Positions 26,678 through 41,100 of a DNA stretch of 64,000 bases are shown here, in pieces. Each line of letters starts with the position of its first letter. The first letter of the stretch is position 1. Source of the stretch: Geosiphon pyriformis uo1. Lineage: Eukaryota; Fungi; Glomeromycota. A program made the position numbers and the translations under genes. Below the pieces are notes generated by a model. It made no database searches. It worked only from the letters and a program-made list of their open reading frames with translations, and was not told the origin of the DNA. The stretch covers positions 124,001 through 188,000 of the forward strand of contig JAAOMT010000779.1 in assembly GCA_016748015.1 (NCBI GenBank). Reading direction: 5' to 3'.

Positions 26678-28730
26678 TTTAAGAGTTAATAGTTTTAAGG
26701 TTTGTTTTTTAAACAAGAATTTCTCAAAAGAAAAGAGAAAGCTCGAATATTAATAACAATTTATAGTGGATCTTGGGAAAAATTTGGTGAATAGATAGAA
26801 AGAAAGGTATGAATAAAACTAAACGAAACTAAAGATGATAAATTATACCAAACTTCTAGTTGCAAAATAAATTTAGCAAGGACTGCTTTTGAGTATTAAT
26901 TAACACCAGTTCAGTGAATCTAAAATTAAACACAGAATTAATATTAGTAATAATAAAAAAAGCCAAAAAAGCAACAGTCTTTATATATAATATTATATTT
27001 ATAAAAATTTTAAAATTAACGACAAATTTTATTACAGTTTTAAAAACATTTTACAATCTAATTTAAATTTTAATACTTAAACAGTGTTAACAATTAGAAG
27101 TTTTTTATTAAATAGAATTTTTTCTTAAAGTATTAGTTTTAACAATAGCATTCATAAAAACAAAAAATAACAATAATATATATTTTAACTACTAAACAGA
27201 ATTTGGAAATCAAAAATTAAAGCAAATATAATTATATATTTGAATAACTAACTTACTAATTTCAAAAACAATACAATTAAATAGAAAATTTATCAATTTA
27301 GTTTTAAATAGGGCATATTGCACAAAGTGAACCAAGAATCTCAGAGATCAAAAATTTAGTCATTATTATCATAATTATAATGTGATTATATTTTAACAGT
27401 TTTATAATCTCCCTATATAAAAATAGTAATATGAAACTCATTTACATCAAATCTACCATAGAACTATTAGAAGCATTTTAAAAAAAAAAGCAAGGTGAAA
27501 AAATTGCTCCATACGTTTTTAAAATCAATGATACCCAAAATTCTTGAGGAATATCTTGATAGAGAAAAAATCACTTACGAAATTTATAAAGAACGAAAAA
27601 TAAAAACCCATTAAACGAACCTTAACCCCAACTTATGATGAACCAAGAAAAAAGCGAAAACTAGAAACATAAAGCAAATATCTGTTTCTTTATAATTATC
27701 GATAATCGGGAAAAATTTCCACGATTCTTTATATACAGTTCGAGTAAGAATAGCAATAAATACGATAATTTTGGTTCGCTGTGCCCCAAGTACTATAAAT
27801 CCGACACACAATTCATGACCAGCAAAACCTGTATCGTTTTAGAAACAATGGGTAAGTATTAAAGGTAATAAAAAGGAAACACTAGAATAAATCATTAGTA
27901 GAGTAGCCGTTTGATCGGCAAATCAACTGTTTTGAAATTAGTATAAAAACAGCACCATTTCACCCATGTTTTCGCATAAAAAAAAAAACAAATCACAATC
28001 GATCGAATTGCAACTGTATTATCGAAGCACAATTTTATTATCTAAAAAAATCAAATAACAATCCCACTCAAAATGTTTACTTTCGCTATTGAAATCTGCG
28101 AGTTACTGCTGCTGATCGCGCTTATCGCTGGTACTTCGCTCTACCATAAAAGTCCGGATTATAACTCAAATGCTTTTTCAAGCGATAAAATCAAGGACAA
28201 TTAAATCAAAATACCAGCTACTCATTGAACGGAAATATTTATCAAGTTTGTGGGAAAGTCTAAACAAGTTACTTGATAAAACTTCTAAGCTGGACTCAGT
28301 CGTATTTAACAAAATGGTTATAAAATACCACAAAGTGCACGGAAGAAAAAAGGCCAATTCTCGAGAAAAACAATCGAAGCGCTTAAAAAATGGGTAGATA
28401 AAAAAAAGAAGGGAAATGTAGACGTTTATAGCATTTGTAATAATATATAGCATAGATTTCACTAGAGCGACCAAAGTATAGGGATATTCAAAGAAGCTTA
28501 TAAAAGAGATTTTCCCCTTTGTCTTCATTCTCTTTTGTCTCTGACAAAAGCATGGAGGGTTCCCGCTATATTTGGCTAAGTGTGCTGGACCCAACGGATT
28601 CGTTGATTCGGCGCTTCAATACGGAGAATTATCACATGTTTGTATAAGTAAAACTTATAAACAGGGCTGAGTTGGACGGGCGCAGATCGCGACTGTTCTT
28701 TTTTCACTAAACAAACGAAAACATCTAGAC

Positions 28731-31257
28731 ATGGACGTGGATGCAAGACTAATGGGTGAACACGAGTTCTTTTGGAAATACAGTAAAGACTGTCCCAGCG
28801 CAACCATTAAACAAGCGGATGCTGCATACAACGAATACCAAGACTTCTACGCTAAATACCATCAAGACAACCCTGGCGCGACCACAAACTGCTATGAGGA
28901 ATACCTCAAGACAAAGCAAGGTAAGCAAGCAACACACGTTTATTGGGAGGGTAGAGGAGCAACGGGGAGAAGAATTTGTATACTGTTACTGGTTTTATTC
29001 TATATTGCAAGAGAGGCACTTGGGTGTTATTAGTTGGGGCAGAGCTGAAACAGAGCAGAGCTAGGTTATATGTAAACTCGTTTCAAAGAAGACAAGAAAT
29101 AGTATGGGTTACAAGAGACGTTATGGGTTAATAGAGGAGCAATGGAGGGAGAATAGTTCAAATGCATTACAACGTGCATTGGGATCATAGTACCGCTTGC
29201 GACATTGACTAATTGATGTTTTTCCTCCTGTTGCCGTGCATTTTTTAGCTGCGCTCCACCAACAAAATCAGGCTCTCATGGAGGCCTTTAAAATACCGTA
29301 CAAGGATCCATCGAACATAGTCGAATTATTTCAAGACTACATCAATAAGAAACACGCGTATTGGTTTGCTAATCAGGCAGATCACATACCTTATGGAACG
29401 CTCTTTCAGAGTTCTGGATACGGAAAAACCCGTCTTATTGAGCAAATTGCGAGGAGAATTCCTACATTATATGTGTGTCTACGCCCCAAGGAAAGTACTG
29501 GATACCCACCTGCTACGCCTTACGCACCAGAGATCTTCGATAGACTGGGACAGATCTCAGGCGGAGAGGAATGGCGCTTCATATACATTCTTTGGCATGC
29601 TATCAAAAAGCTACAAGGATATTCCCTCAATGAATCAGCTGAGAACCTCTGGAAACTGCAACTGGATTACGAGTGGTGCGAGAAATTCTGGGCAGAGGTC
29701 TTAGCAAGCAGTAAAGACTGGGAGAAAGTTAACCAGAGGGATGCAAACCTCAACAGAAATAAATTCCCATTCTCAGATAATCCCGACAATAAAGTCAAGA
29801 TTCTTTTATGCATTGACGAAGCTCGATACCTCATTAGTTCTGTGCAAAATGATGGCTGCAGGAAATTTCGGTTGTTTGGAAGAGCTATGAGACAAATCGA
29901 CTGGAATGGCTTCTTCGTCCTATTTTTGGACACGCCCAGCAAAATTCCCAACTCCACACCACCGTCATCAGCAGACCCATCTGGAAGAAAGGACGAGCTA
30001 GAACTTAAATTATTTCATCCATTTACTCGACTTACAACGATGGATATCTTTGGAGAAAAGACAGAAGATCCAGTAGAAACATCTGAAGAAGACCAGATGG
30101 TTCAATTGGCAAGGCTAGGGAGACCATTGATATACAGCTATTTTGATGTCAAACGGAAAGGTTCCTTCTCGACTCAAACAGCCCTTAAAGAACTTGTCTC
30201 ACTATTGAAGATTAAACTTTTTGGTGGAGCATCTTCTTTCAAAGACAGCGAGGAAATGTCCAGTATTGCTGTTTTATCAGTTCTCGTTTGTTTGGATATT
30301 TCACCCCAATCAAAGATCCCTTCCGATCTCGTGACATCCCATATGGCAACGTGCGTTGCAGTATCACGTGACGGAGAGCGCTTGTTAATTCGTTATCCTT
30401 CGGAACCTTTATTAGCAGAAGCAGCGTTATCTGCTATTACTGATAACGAGACATTGATTTGTGTTCTTCAAAGATTCAATGAGATACTAAAAAAGGGGTT
30501 CGTGGACGCACGCCCTCGTGAAGAGGTGGTGGCACGAATTATCCTAATTCTCGCAGTGAGGTCTATACAGAAAACGAAACAATGGAAATCAATTGCCATC
30601 ACAGTCCAACGATTAATGGAATTACTGGATCCTGCTGCAGTTGATAACCTACAACATTTTGAGGATGCAACTGTGGCTTTTACACACTTCATTCCCATAA
30701 CATACTTTCCTGAAACATGTTATTTGAAAGAATATTATCAACGACGGTGTGCTGTGATTCTTAAGGGTAATAACCCTGGTGGAGACATTATGATTCCTGT
30801 AAAATTACCAGAAGACCGATATTCCTATATCCTCGTTCAAGTGGAAAATTATGCATTAAGCGACCGGAATGAAGACAAGAGCTATCCAGAGTCTGATTCA
30901 TCCAAATTAACTTCACGATTTGTTTTTCGAAAATCAGATCTCGAAGATCATGAAGAGCAATGCATCACTTTATATTGGCAACTCGGATTTCAAGGACAAC
31001 TCAGAGAGGTCCCACCAATCTGCAAGTCCAAACCCCAAAATCTTGAAGAGCAAAAACAACACACTTTTGCACACGTTGGACTAAATTTTTTCGAATTTCT
31101 TAATTACAACATCAAAAAAGAATTAGCAGACCTTTTGGACGCCTTTATTTCACCCTTTGATGAAGTATGGAAGTTTGAAAATGAGGAGACAGGCAATCAT
31201 TGGTCTGAGGATCATATCATGGCTCAAGATCCCCTTGTGTATTCATCATCAATGTGA
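28731..31257 (+). CDS. Crinkler (CR)-type NTPase plus restriction-endonuclease-fold protein (exons 28731-28920, 29249-31257)
   Basis: Walker A QSSGYGKTR, Walker B LLCIDEA, YPSEPLLAEAA, E.VARIILIL, then GGDIMIPV...ILVQVEN (PD-(D/E)xK-like). Phase-1 intron G|gtaagc...gactaat...ttttag|CT restores the frame. Confidence 0.75.
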
Positions 31258-31551
31258 TGACAAGTGATGTGTTCGCTTTTGACTTTCTTCAATAGCAGGT
31301 ATTACATTGAGTTTATGTATCTGGTGAGGCTGGCTTGAGTAGCTGGCTTGGTTTAGAGTATCTGCAAGTATTAATCAGCGAGGGAATTTATAGTCTTTTT
31401 TTATTTTAGAAAACGTAACGATAAAGTTACTCGAATATTGTAGCAAATGAATGAACCATATTAATGTCTTATTATTAGGAAAAATACAACCCACCAGAAA
31501 CAGCGTAATAAACTGTCATTAATAAAAATATATATATAGGATTACTCGTAT

Positions 31552-33265
31552 ATGGAAAGTTACAATTATAATGGTTCGACTGAATATGAAAAAGCCATGC
31601 GCTTCTTGGAGATAGGTTGCAATTGTGGTTGTTCTCAAAAGATTCCGAGAGAAAAGTTTGCTGAATTACGTGAAACGTTTCAAGCTCTCTCTAGATCTGA
31701 ACAAGATATATTTTTAATGGCTCAGCTGAAAGCAATGAATGGTGGAGAAATAACCGCCAGTCGACGTCTGAAAAAGAAAACGCGTACTAATACGAGAACT
31801 TTTTATTATTGAGATCGCAATACCCCTCTATGCCAGAAAGCGTATCTCAATATGTTAGGAATTGGCCGCACTCATTTGGAAAACGTCAGAAATCATCTAG
31901 CAACGAATGGTATAATACCGCGTTCATGGTAATATCAAACGAGTGCCGCGATGGTAAACCAAAATAACCGTTGCTACCGCCGTGAAGAATTTTCTCGAAA
32001 ACTATGCTGAAATTCATGGACTACCAAGTTCTGGTAGAAATGTCAATCGAATTACTCAATCGCTTACACTTTTGCCAGCTGAAACGAGTTACAAATCGGT
32101 CTATCGGGATTTTATTGCAGGTCTTGAAAACGATAACACATTGAAATTGTTAAAATATGATGCGTTTCGCAAGTTATGGCACCAATTAACGTCTTATATT
32201 CAAATCATGAGTCCAAGAACGGATTTATGTGACAAGTCCCAACATTTTCGGAACGGTTTACAGTATAATGCTCGCAAGGAAGAAGAAGCGAAAGATTTAC
32301 TAAAAAAGTACAAAGAACATCTAGTTAAGGCTAAGTTGGAGAGAAATTATTACAACAAAAATACGAAATTAGCAGAGCAATAAAGAAAATTAGTAGACGA
32401 GAATTATCTTATGACAGGAGGTAAAACTGATTATTGTAACGTTGATGCCACTGTTCACGTACCGCATTCTGATCAACAAGTCAGTAAGATTTATTATCTC
32501 AGTCCGCGTAAAGTGCATTTATTTGGTATTCAAGATGAGGCAGTACGCGAACAAATTAATTACGTTCTTGATGAAGACGAAATTATCGGTAAAGGTCCTA
32601 ACGGAACATTGAGCATGGTTTTCGATAGGAATAAAAAAATTGAATAAAGGAGAAAACCATTTAAAAGTTACTTGTGATAATGCGGGTGGACAGAATAAAA
32701 ACAATGTGACTATTTGATTTTACCTATATTTAGTAATTTGCGGCTATTATGAAAGTATCGAATTAAATTTTATGGTACCTGGACATACTAAATTCAAGTG
32801 TGATGGCAGTTTTGGATTGATCAAGAAACTATACCGCAAAATGACGGTAGATTGTGTGGATCCTATTGTTAAAATTGTGAAAAGATCGAGTGCAGCTGGA
32901 TTAAACAAAGCTCAGTGTTATGATAATTGAAAAGGCTTTCAATACTTAGATCTCAATTCAGTGTTAGGAATTTTCTTTAAGAAATTGAGTGGTTTGCAAA
33001 AATATCAGCATTTTTTCTTTGAAGCTGCTAATCCTGGAATTGTCAAAACTCAGCTGGTTGCTAACGGTGCTTTTTACTGAATTTAATTTATTAAAAGTTA
33101 GAAAAAGCAAATATTTTTAAAATTATCAGAGAAATCAAAGCTTTCTCCATTTTAATACTAACACCGCCTCCATTAGATTACAAAAGGCAAGAGTATCTTT
33201 ATAATATTATTCGTCCTTTTGTCAGAGATGAATTTAAAGATATTACTTGTCCAAAACCAATATAA
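31552..33265 (+). pseudogene. DDE transposase, Sola-like, with several stops and frameshifts
   Basis: GCNCGC N-terminus, PRTDLCD, YYLSPRKVHLFGI, KGPN, CDNAGGQNKNN, FMVPGHTKFKCDGSFGLIK, C-terminal IRPFV......TCPKP. No terminal inverted repeats found. Confidence 0.75.
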
Positions 33266-33328
33266 TTTTCATAATGTATTAAAATATATTATATTAAAGA
33301 CATAACCATTCTTATGACAAACAAAGAA

Positions 33329-34350
33329 TATGAAAATTAAGAATGATTATACGCTTGATTAAAACATCGAGTTAAATATTATCAAGAATATTTAAATAAC
33401 ATAAAAGTTCAGTTAAAAACTTAAATTTTTCTTGACAAAACTTAGTAATTGAGAATTTTCATGAATTAACAGGTTTACTTATTAAAAACTATCCCAAGAC
33501 TAGAAGAAATTATTACTTCTCATAATGAACTAACTAATCTGGAAATAAAAGACTGTGAACAAGTAAAAGAATTATACACTCATAATAATCAACTAACCGA
33601 CTTAAATGTAGAAGAATTAAAGAAATTAAAAGTTCTTTCTTTATTCAAATAATAAAATAACCAATACTAACAAAAAAATAAGATTAAATAGTTTGGGCCT
33701 AAAAGAAAAAACAACTAGACCAGATCATCTGGTAAAAACCCTAGATAATGATGATTTTATTGATAACGATGAAATAACCGAAATAAATATTTCTAATAAA
33801 GTGGGCTGAGAAGGTAAATTAGAATTTAAAAGCTGCCCTAATTTAACTAGTTTAGTCGTTGATGATTTTCAATTAAAAAAATTGGTAATTGAAGATTGTT
33901 CCAACCTGGAATTATTAAGTTTTCGACATAACAATATTAGGAAGATTAATTTAACTAAATTGACCAAGTTAGAAGAATTGTATTGTTTTAACAATCTCTT
34001 AAAAAGATTAGATTTAACCAACAATCTGGCTTTAAAACATATGTGTTGTGATAATAATATAGTTGAAGAGTTAAAGATTAAACATTTAAAAAATTTAGAA
34101 AGCTTGTATTGTTTTAAATGTTGTTTAATTTGATCTAAGTTAAATTGTAATGGTTTAAGTAAGTTAAGAGAATTATTTTGTTTTAAATATGTTGTTTCGC
34201 CAATTAAAAGATTTAAAAAAATATATTGATGGCTGTAATAGTTTAAAAATCTTGAATTGTGCTAAAAATCATTTAAAATATTTAATTATTTGTGATAAAC
34301 CAAATCTTGAAACTGTCTCTTGTAAAAAAACCAGTCTTAGAAATCTTAAA
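33329..34350 (+). pseudogene. Degenerate intronless leucine-rich-repeat gene, bacterial/mollicute-endosymbiont style
   Basis: Repeats such as LEEIITSHNELTNLEIKDC, LYTHNNQLTDLNV, LEELYCFNNLLKRLDLTNN; frameshifts and in-frame TGA at 33807 and 34131. Confidence 0.7.
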
Positions 34351-34757
34351 ATATTGATATTTTTCTGAAGAAACCAATTTTATAGACATTTATAATACCA
34401 AAAAAACTGAACAATTATTAGCCAAGAGTAAAAAAACATTACTCTAAAAAAGTTAGACTAATTAAAATTGTATGGTGTTTTAAGTAAGTTAAACAACAAT
34501 TAATTATACTTAAAATTAAAAATTTAAGAATTTATTAATAAAATTTATAATTTTAATAAAGAAAAAAAACTTAAAAGCCAAAAATTTTTTTATTAAAGTT
34601 GTTAAAAAAAAGTAATTTTTACTAAATTCTTAAATAAATATAAACAAATAAATATTAATTTAATATTAATAAGTATAATTAGACTTCTATAAAAAAACAC
34701 AATTAGAACATGCAAATTATGTCTTATTATAAAAATGTTCTATTATAGAGTTTTATA

Positions 34758-34789
<32 letters not shown>

Positions 34790-35199
34790 AATATTAAATA
34801 ATTATTATTTGTTTTTTAGAATTTTTCTTTATTTTTTTGTATTTATATAATTTTTTTTAAAAAAATTTTGGTTTTTTAAATTAAAATTTTTTTTTGCTAA
34901 TTGTTTTTTAAATCTAATTACTTTTTTTAATGCTTTATATATTTTTATAATTGTAATTATAACAGATAAAAATTCTTTTGATTTTTTTTTTAAGTCATTA
35001 ATTATATTGGTTTTAATTTAAGCATTAATTAAAATCATATTTACAATTTTATTATCATTAAAAATATTTTTAGTTGTTAATAATTTATTATCTGTTATAG
35101 TATAATCTTCAAAATTTTTGATCAATTATTATATATTTAATAGTAAATTGTTGAATATATTCATAGCAATTAATGTTTTAAATTCTTAAATTTTTAAAA

Positions 35200-38100
35200 T
35201 TTTTTTTTCTATTAGTTTAACAAGTACAGCCTAACCACTATCTAGCATACAGAAACAAACAAGATGAATTAAACTAAATATGGCTCATGTGTTTTCTACA
35301 CATGATCAACCACTCAGGCCAATCAAGACAACATTATACACTCACAAGGACTCTATTACCATTATCCAGTCCCAAAAAGAACAAATACTGACTTCTAAAA
35401 CCAAAACTAATAGCAAAAGACTCGATTATACCAAGCATGCAAACCACACCCTCAGATAACAGACTAAATAAACCATGTAGAAGAACAAAGAATTCACTTG
35501 TGTTACAAACCAGACTACTTTTTTCCATGTCAATTCTAAATTTAGATCTCAACAACTATGCTCTATTATGATGACTCTTAGTTAAATAATGAACAAAATT
35601 GACGACAATAAAAATAACACTTTTTCTATCACCAAAAACAGCAATAGCCTCCCTAATCCAATTAACAAAAACAAAACCTTTGCACAGCTTCATATACATA
35701 TTGCTATCCAAGACCTCTGTGAGAGTAAGAAGCACTGAAGATGAAACTGAGAGATGATTGCCCACCAAAGATTTCTACAAGTTGATGTGACCAGAAATAA
35801 CCTCAGAGCGCACCACCAGATTAGCAGAGCATGTAAAAGCATGGTCAGAGAATTCAACTTCCCCACACATTAAGCACAAAACACTTGGGTAGCACTTGTC
35901 ATACAGTCTTTTTCGGATAGCTACTGGCAATCTCCTATGCACAGCCTTCATTAGATAAGTATGCAACACAGCTAAATTCCTACTAGTAAAACCTGTCAAC
36001 ATATGAGAGTCCAGGTGCCAAACAGAGATAGTACACTCCCAGTCAATACGCCTGATGTCCAAACTGTCCAAAACATTTGCCCTAGGCCCAGTCTCTCATA
36101 AAGCCCAGTTTACAGCATAATATATATTACAAACAAAATGCCTAGCATTACTAGAAATGGCAAAACCATCTGTCATAAGGAATCTATTAGAAACGCCAAC
36201 TGGAAAAGCTAAATTAAAGTGTGCTACAGCATAAGCAAGAGCATCTGTGTGATCATTATCCATGATATCTGAATGTTCTTTCACCTTAACTCATCTCACT
36301 GAAATGTCTTTTGATCTGATTAAATTAGAAATATGATGTCTCTCTATCCAACAATGATTATAAAAGTCAGATTGGCATAATTTACTCTCCAGCACACAGA
36401 CATCTAAAGCCACTTGACTATTCGAATAAAGCACTACAGAGCACAATGAAGGAATGCACTCCAATGCCAAGGCAATTGCCTGAAGCTCAGCTAAAGTGAA
36501 TGACAACAAATTCTGAACTCTTACACTCACACTCATACCAATCTCAGAAAAAAAAGCTGCTGCCCTACAAGCCACTTTGCCTATATCCAGATCACTCAAT
36601 GAACTATCAGTATACACATTTAGTTCCCTAGCCCAGATTTCATGCAAATGCTCACGAATGCATAAGTAATCATCTGAACAAAAAAATTTAGAGCAGCTTG
36701 CTCTAGCTTCGCTCACCCCAAAACTTGCCAAAAAGCCATTTACATGCACAAAAGCTCTTGTAAACCATAAAGGCACTGGGTCCCTAGGACTCAACTTTTT
36801 CCAACACTAAAAGGTTTTCCAATCCATGACCTGACCACGCTTAGTAATCAGAACATCTCCAAAAGCAATGCCAAAGTGCTTTAAGGAATGCACCACATCA
36901 AAATAATCATCAGTTTTAAGAATTCTAGACATCAGAAAATAATTGGTACCACAGAACACACAAGGTATATGATTAAACAAAAAAATGTTTGTATTAATAA
37001 AGATCCTCACAACACCTGCCAGGAAGTTATTCAAGAAACACACTCTTAGTTTGACTGAATGGCTCAGAAGATGAAGCAAAGCCCACTTTAAAACTTGCAA
37101 ATCCAAAGCACAGTGCACAAACAAATGACCAAGAATCCCAAATGCATTAGAAAAACCAAACATTGAGGCAATTTTGGACTCAGCCTGCACCTGCTTGAAA
37201 GACTTTAGACTATACAATGACAGATGATGTAAAGCTTCATTAGAAAAGTCTTTTGGCAATAAAGCCTTAGACCTGAAACTCTTTCTAACCAGAACATCCC
37301 ACCTTTAACACACTTTTTTAGTAACAAAACTGAACTGAGTGTGATAACAGATAATAGGCTAAAAGACTGCCAAAACTAAATAAGAGAACTGCTTATCTGA
37401 TATAGCCTTCCTGAAGATCATATTAGAAAAAAATCTAACATTTGCATGAGCCTTAGCAAGACTTGGCTTGAACAGACCCTTTGTTGACAAAAAAATACCC
37501 AGATATCTATGAGACTTACTATCTTTTGCTATAGAGATAAGCCTACCACTAATTAACAAGGAAGCATTAGCTACTCTCAGATTGATGAAAATGGCTACAG
37601 TCTTGTTATTATTTATCAAAATATTATTGATCTTAAAAAATTTGCTTGCAATATCTAAAATTTGCTTGCAATATCTAAAATGTGCTGTGTTAAAGCCTGA
37701 CCATTCTCCATTCAAATTGTGTTATCAACAAAAGCACCAGCCACAAAAAAAGAAGATTTACCACCACTAAATTCAACTCTGCCAGACTTTGCCACAAAAT
37801 TCGAAATGATTCTATATCCACACAAATGTTCTTGTCTTTTGATCTCACACAACAAAGAGTCATAGAAAATCCTCCATAGAAGTGGAGAAAACACCTCACT
37901 TTGGTCCAACCCATTATGGACCACATATCCATCCAAAAGACCAAAGTCAGTCATAATCCCATCCTAGTTATATGGCTTGGGGATCATAGATACCCATGCT
38001 CTTTTCCAAGGAACAGGAACATCACCAATTTTTAAACAAAAGTTTAATAAATCCAGAAAACAAACCATCACACCATCACCACTATGCTTCCATAATTCAT

Positions 38101-41100
38101 TGAATATGCCAGAAAGACCAGTGGCTTTGTCATTGGACAATCTGCTAACCACTGAAGACAATTTGTCCAAACTAATTTTATGCATTACTCCCAAAAAAAC
38201 ATCATCATTTACATGAACCAAGGGGGCATATTGATGAGCCCATATGCCAGATAAAACAGGACAACACTTTCTTTTGCGAGTCCAGTTTACCATAATTTTA
38301 TCAACTCTGGATCTAACTTCCTCTGGTTCAAGAATCAGCTCATTCCCAATCACCAAATGGTCCAAAACAATTTTACAAAATGACCATTCCAAAATGCTTC
38401 TAATCATGTCACTCTTATTTGAGTTAAAATTTTTCATACACTTATTAATTACATCTCTAATGCATCCACTATTGGCAAGTTCAGCCTTATAGTATTTGAA
38501 CTTTCGATATCTTTTCTTAATTTTTGACAAATGACCATGTAAAGCATCCGATTTCAAGCCATTTTGGAGCATAACTGTAAACTTAGATGTCTCAACATTG
38601 TCTAAGGTCACCCAAACTCACACAAAGTGATCAAACTCAGACACATGACCTGAACACAGGCACTTTAAAACTTTCACAACCAAAGATTTCAATCTGAAAA
38701 ACCTCAAAGACTGCTTATTTCTTGGACTATCAAACTCACAGAACCAATGTTTAGAAAACATTTCATTTGCCAAACCACAGACTGCATCTTTCAGGACCTC
38801 CCACATCTCATCCAAGTTATTATTCTCTTTTGTGATCAAAAAAGAATTTGAAGACAAAACTAAAGCAGTCAAAGAAAATTTCTTGAAATGCACCCACTTA
38901 GCTGCATCCACATTCTTGATCCCAAATTTCCATTGGTCTCTGTTAGCTTGTCTATGAATATTATTCAAACAGGCATCTACCAAGCCTCCTAACCCTAATA
39001 AAACACCAACCATGTTATGATCAATATCAAAAAAACCAAACACTGAAGCAACCTTTTGTCTAACCACAGCCAAGACCAGATTTTTACTTATAAAAATGTA
39101 GTCAATAACTTTGTTGATCTCTCATAAGTTGCTCCAAGTACTTAGTTTGTGCACAGAAAATCCACCCAGTGAGTTAACCAAATCCAAGTCCAAGCATTTT
39201 TTGAAACTAACACACTTTTTGGTCCTATCTTCATTGAAATCACCACAAAAGAGCTTATATTTACAGCCTTGAAGATGAATGAGTTGATGCCAGAAGCTTG
39301 AGCAAATCTCGTTTTAGCCAAAGCACCAGCATACAAACCCAAAAATGTTACCAAAAGCTTATTTTTAAACAACAAGCAAACAGAAACAACCCTACCAAGA
39401 ACTTCCTCAACCTTCAAAACATGGTAAGCCAAAGAACCACACATCACAATAGCCATGCCTGCACCAACATAACCCTCTTCTAGACCAAAAGTGAAGATTC
39501 TAACTCTTTCAAACTTGTTCTTTATCCAAAACCCAACATTTAATTTTAATTTAGTTTCAGTAAGAACAGAAACCATGTTACCAGATTCCAAATACCACCT
39601 AATAATGTCCTTCTGTTTTGCTAAATTTGTCATAATTCTAACATTACATGTGGCAATCTTCCATAAAAGACTGGTCATTGGGAAGGTTGATCAATAAGAA
39701 CCATACCAGCATTGTTTATTTTAGCCGAAAGACCCATAACCATAATTGTAAGATTTCTTAAAGTATTCTCTATTTTCCCAATAACAGAATTGTCAAAAAT
39801 TACTGCCTTCACAACAGTCTTATCACTAGTGACCACACCCAAACTCTCACTCATCACTATATCCAGCCCTTGATTCTGCAATAAAGGGGTCACCAACGGC
39901 TGACGTCCAGGGTTAAGCTGGGAAACTATTGGCACAGATGTAGCCAATCTCTTAGCCAGTATATTAACATGCTCTGCGAGACTGACAAGACTGTGCTTAA
40001 GAGCAGCAAACCTATCATTGATTTCTACAACAGCTGTTAAGGATGGCTTCATCTCCGAAGAGGAGCCAACATTCTCTAAAACAATCCAGTTAGAAAAAGG
40101 AGAAAAAGAAGACCCATTTGCAATTTTCACCTAAGAGAGACCACCAAAAGAAACAGGATGAGCAACCAGTACAGAATGTTTGACATATATTGCAGCCAGC
40201 CTGCTTTTATCTGAATTCAAAAGCACTTTGTGAAATGAACCATCAGAAAAAACCTTTCCACTCTCAACACAGCTCAATGATATATAATCTAACTTCTTAC
40301 ACTTGGCACATCTGACAGAAACAAGACTAGACCAATGTAAATTAGAGCCTTTGAGCACTGGTGTAGTTCCCATGACAACATCTAAGGACTCAGCAGAATC
40401 GAAGCAAACAACAGCACACCTGACCCGAGCATATGTAATCAGATGGCGATCAATAATACAAGTTTTCCCACCCACAGATTGAACAAAGTCCCAAATATCA
40501 TAAACATTAGTTCCCATTGGCAATGTATAAAGCAGCGCTTTATGATGATCTCTCTTATCCCACAATACTTTGTTTAGATCAGCTCTGACAACATATACAG
40601 CATCTTTCCCAATTAGGATAGACCACTCAGTTGCGACCAAATCAGTCTGATCTGATTGCTCAAATTCCACCAAAGCTTTTTGTTACAGCCCCACTAACTG
40701 CATCTTGATCAACTTAATAATTCCAAATTCGGACAGCGCAGCATGCACAGCCTCAGCTGATGTACCAACTGGAATTTCCTTTACCACTACAGTCTGATCT
40801 GAGTAACTAGCAGATTTCTTGAGATTAGTGTTTACTAAAATATCTGCTGTTCTTGCCTTTTCTGTATCCTGTGCCAAGCTAGCTTCAAAGATAAAGGAAG
40901 CACAGATGATCCCAGAAGATTTTGAGGAGACAGAGGCCTCCCAAAACCATTGACTTTTGAAAACAACCTTCTAACCACCATGAGCTTCTCCTGAGAGGAT
41001 TTCCCAACCACTTTATTCAATCCAATATCCAGAGCAAAAGACTTCCTAACAGAAACAGAAACCAAATTTTTCAAGAGAGGGAGAAGCTCTAAAAAAGCAT

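Noticed and set aside
27430-27615. Coding-like fragment (MIPKILEEYLDREKITYEIYKERK)
   Set aside because: Short, broken, with no recognisable family or splice structure.
31380-33330. Terminal inverted repeats for the Sola-like transposase
   Set aside because: None found by eye, so element boundaries are undefined.
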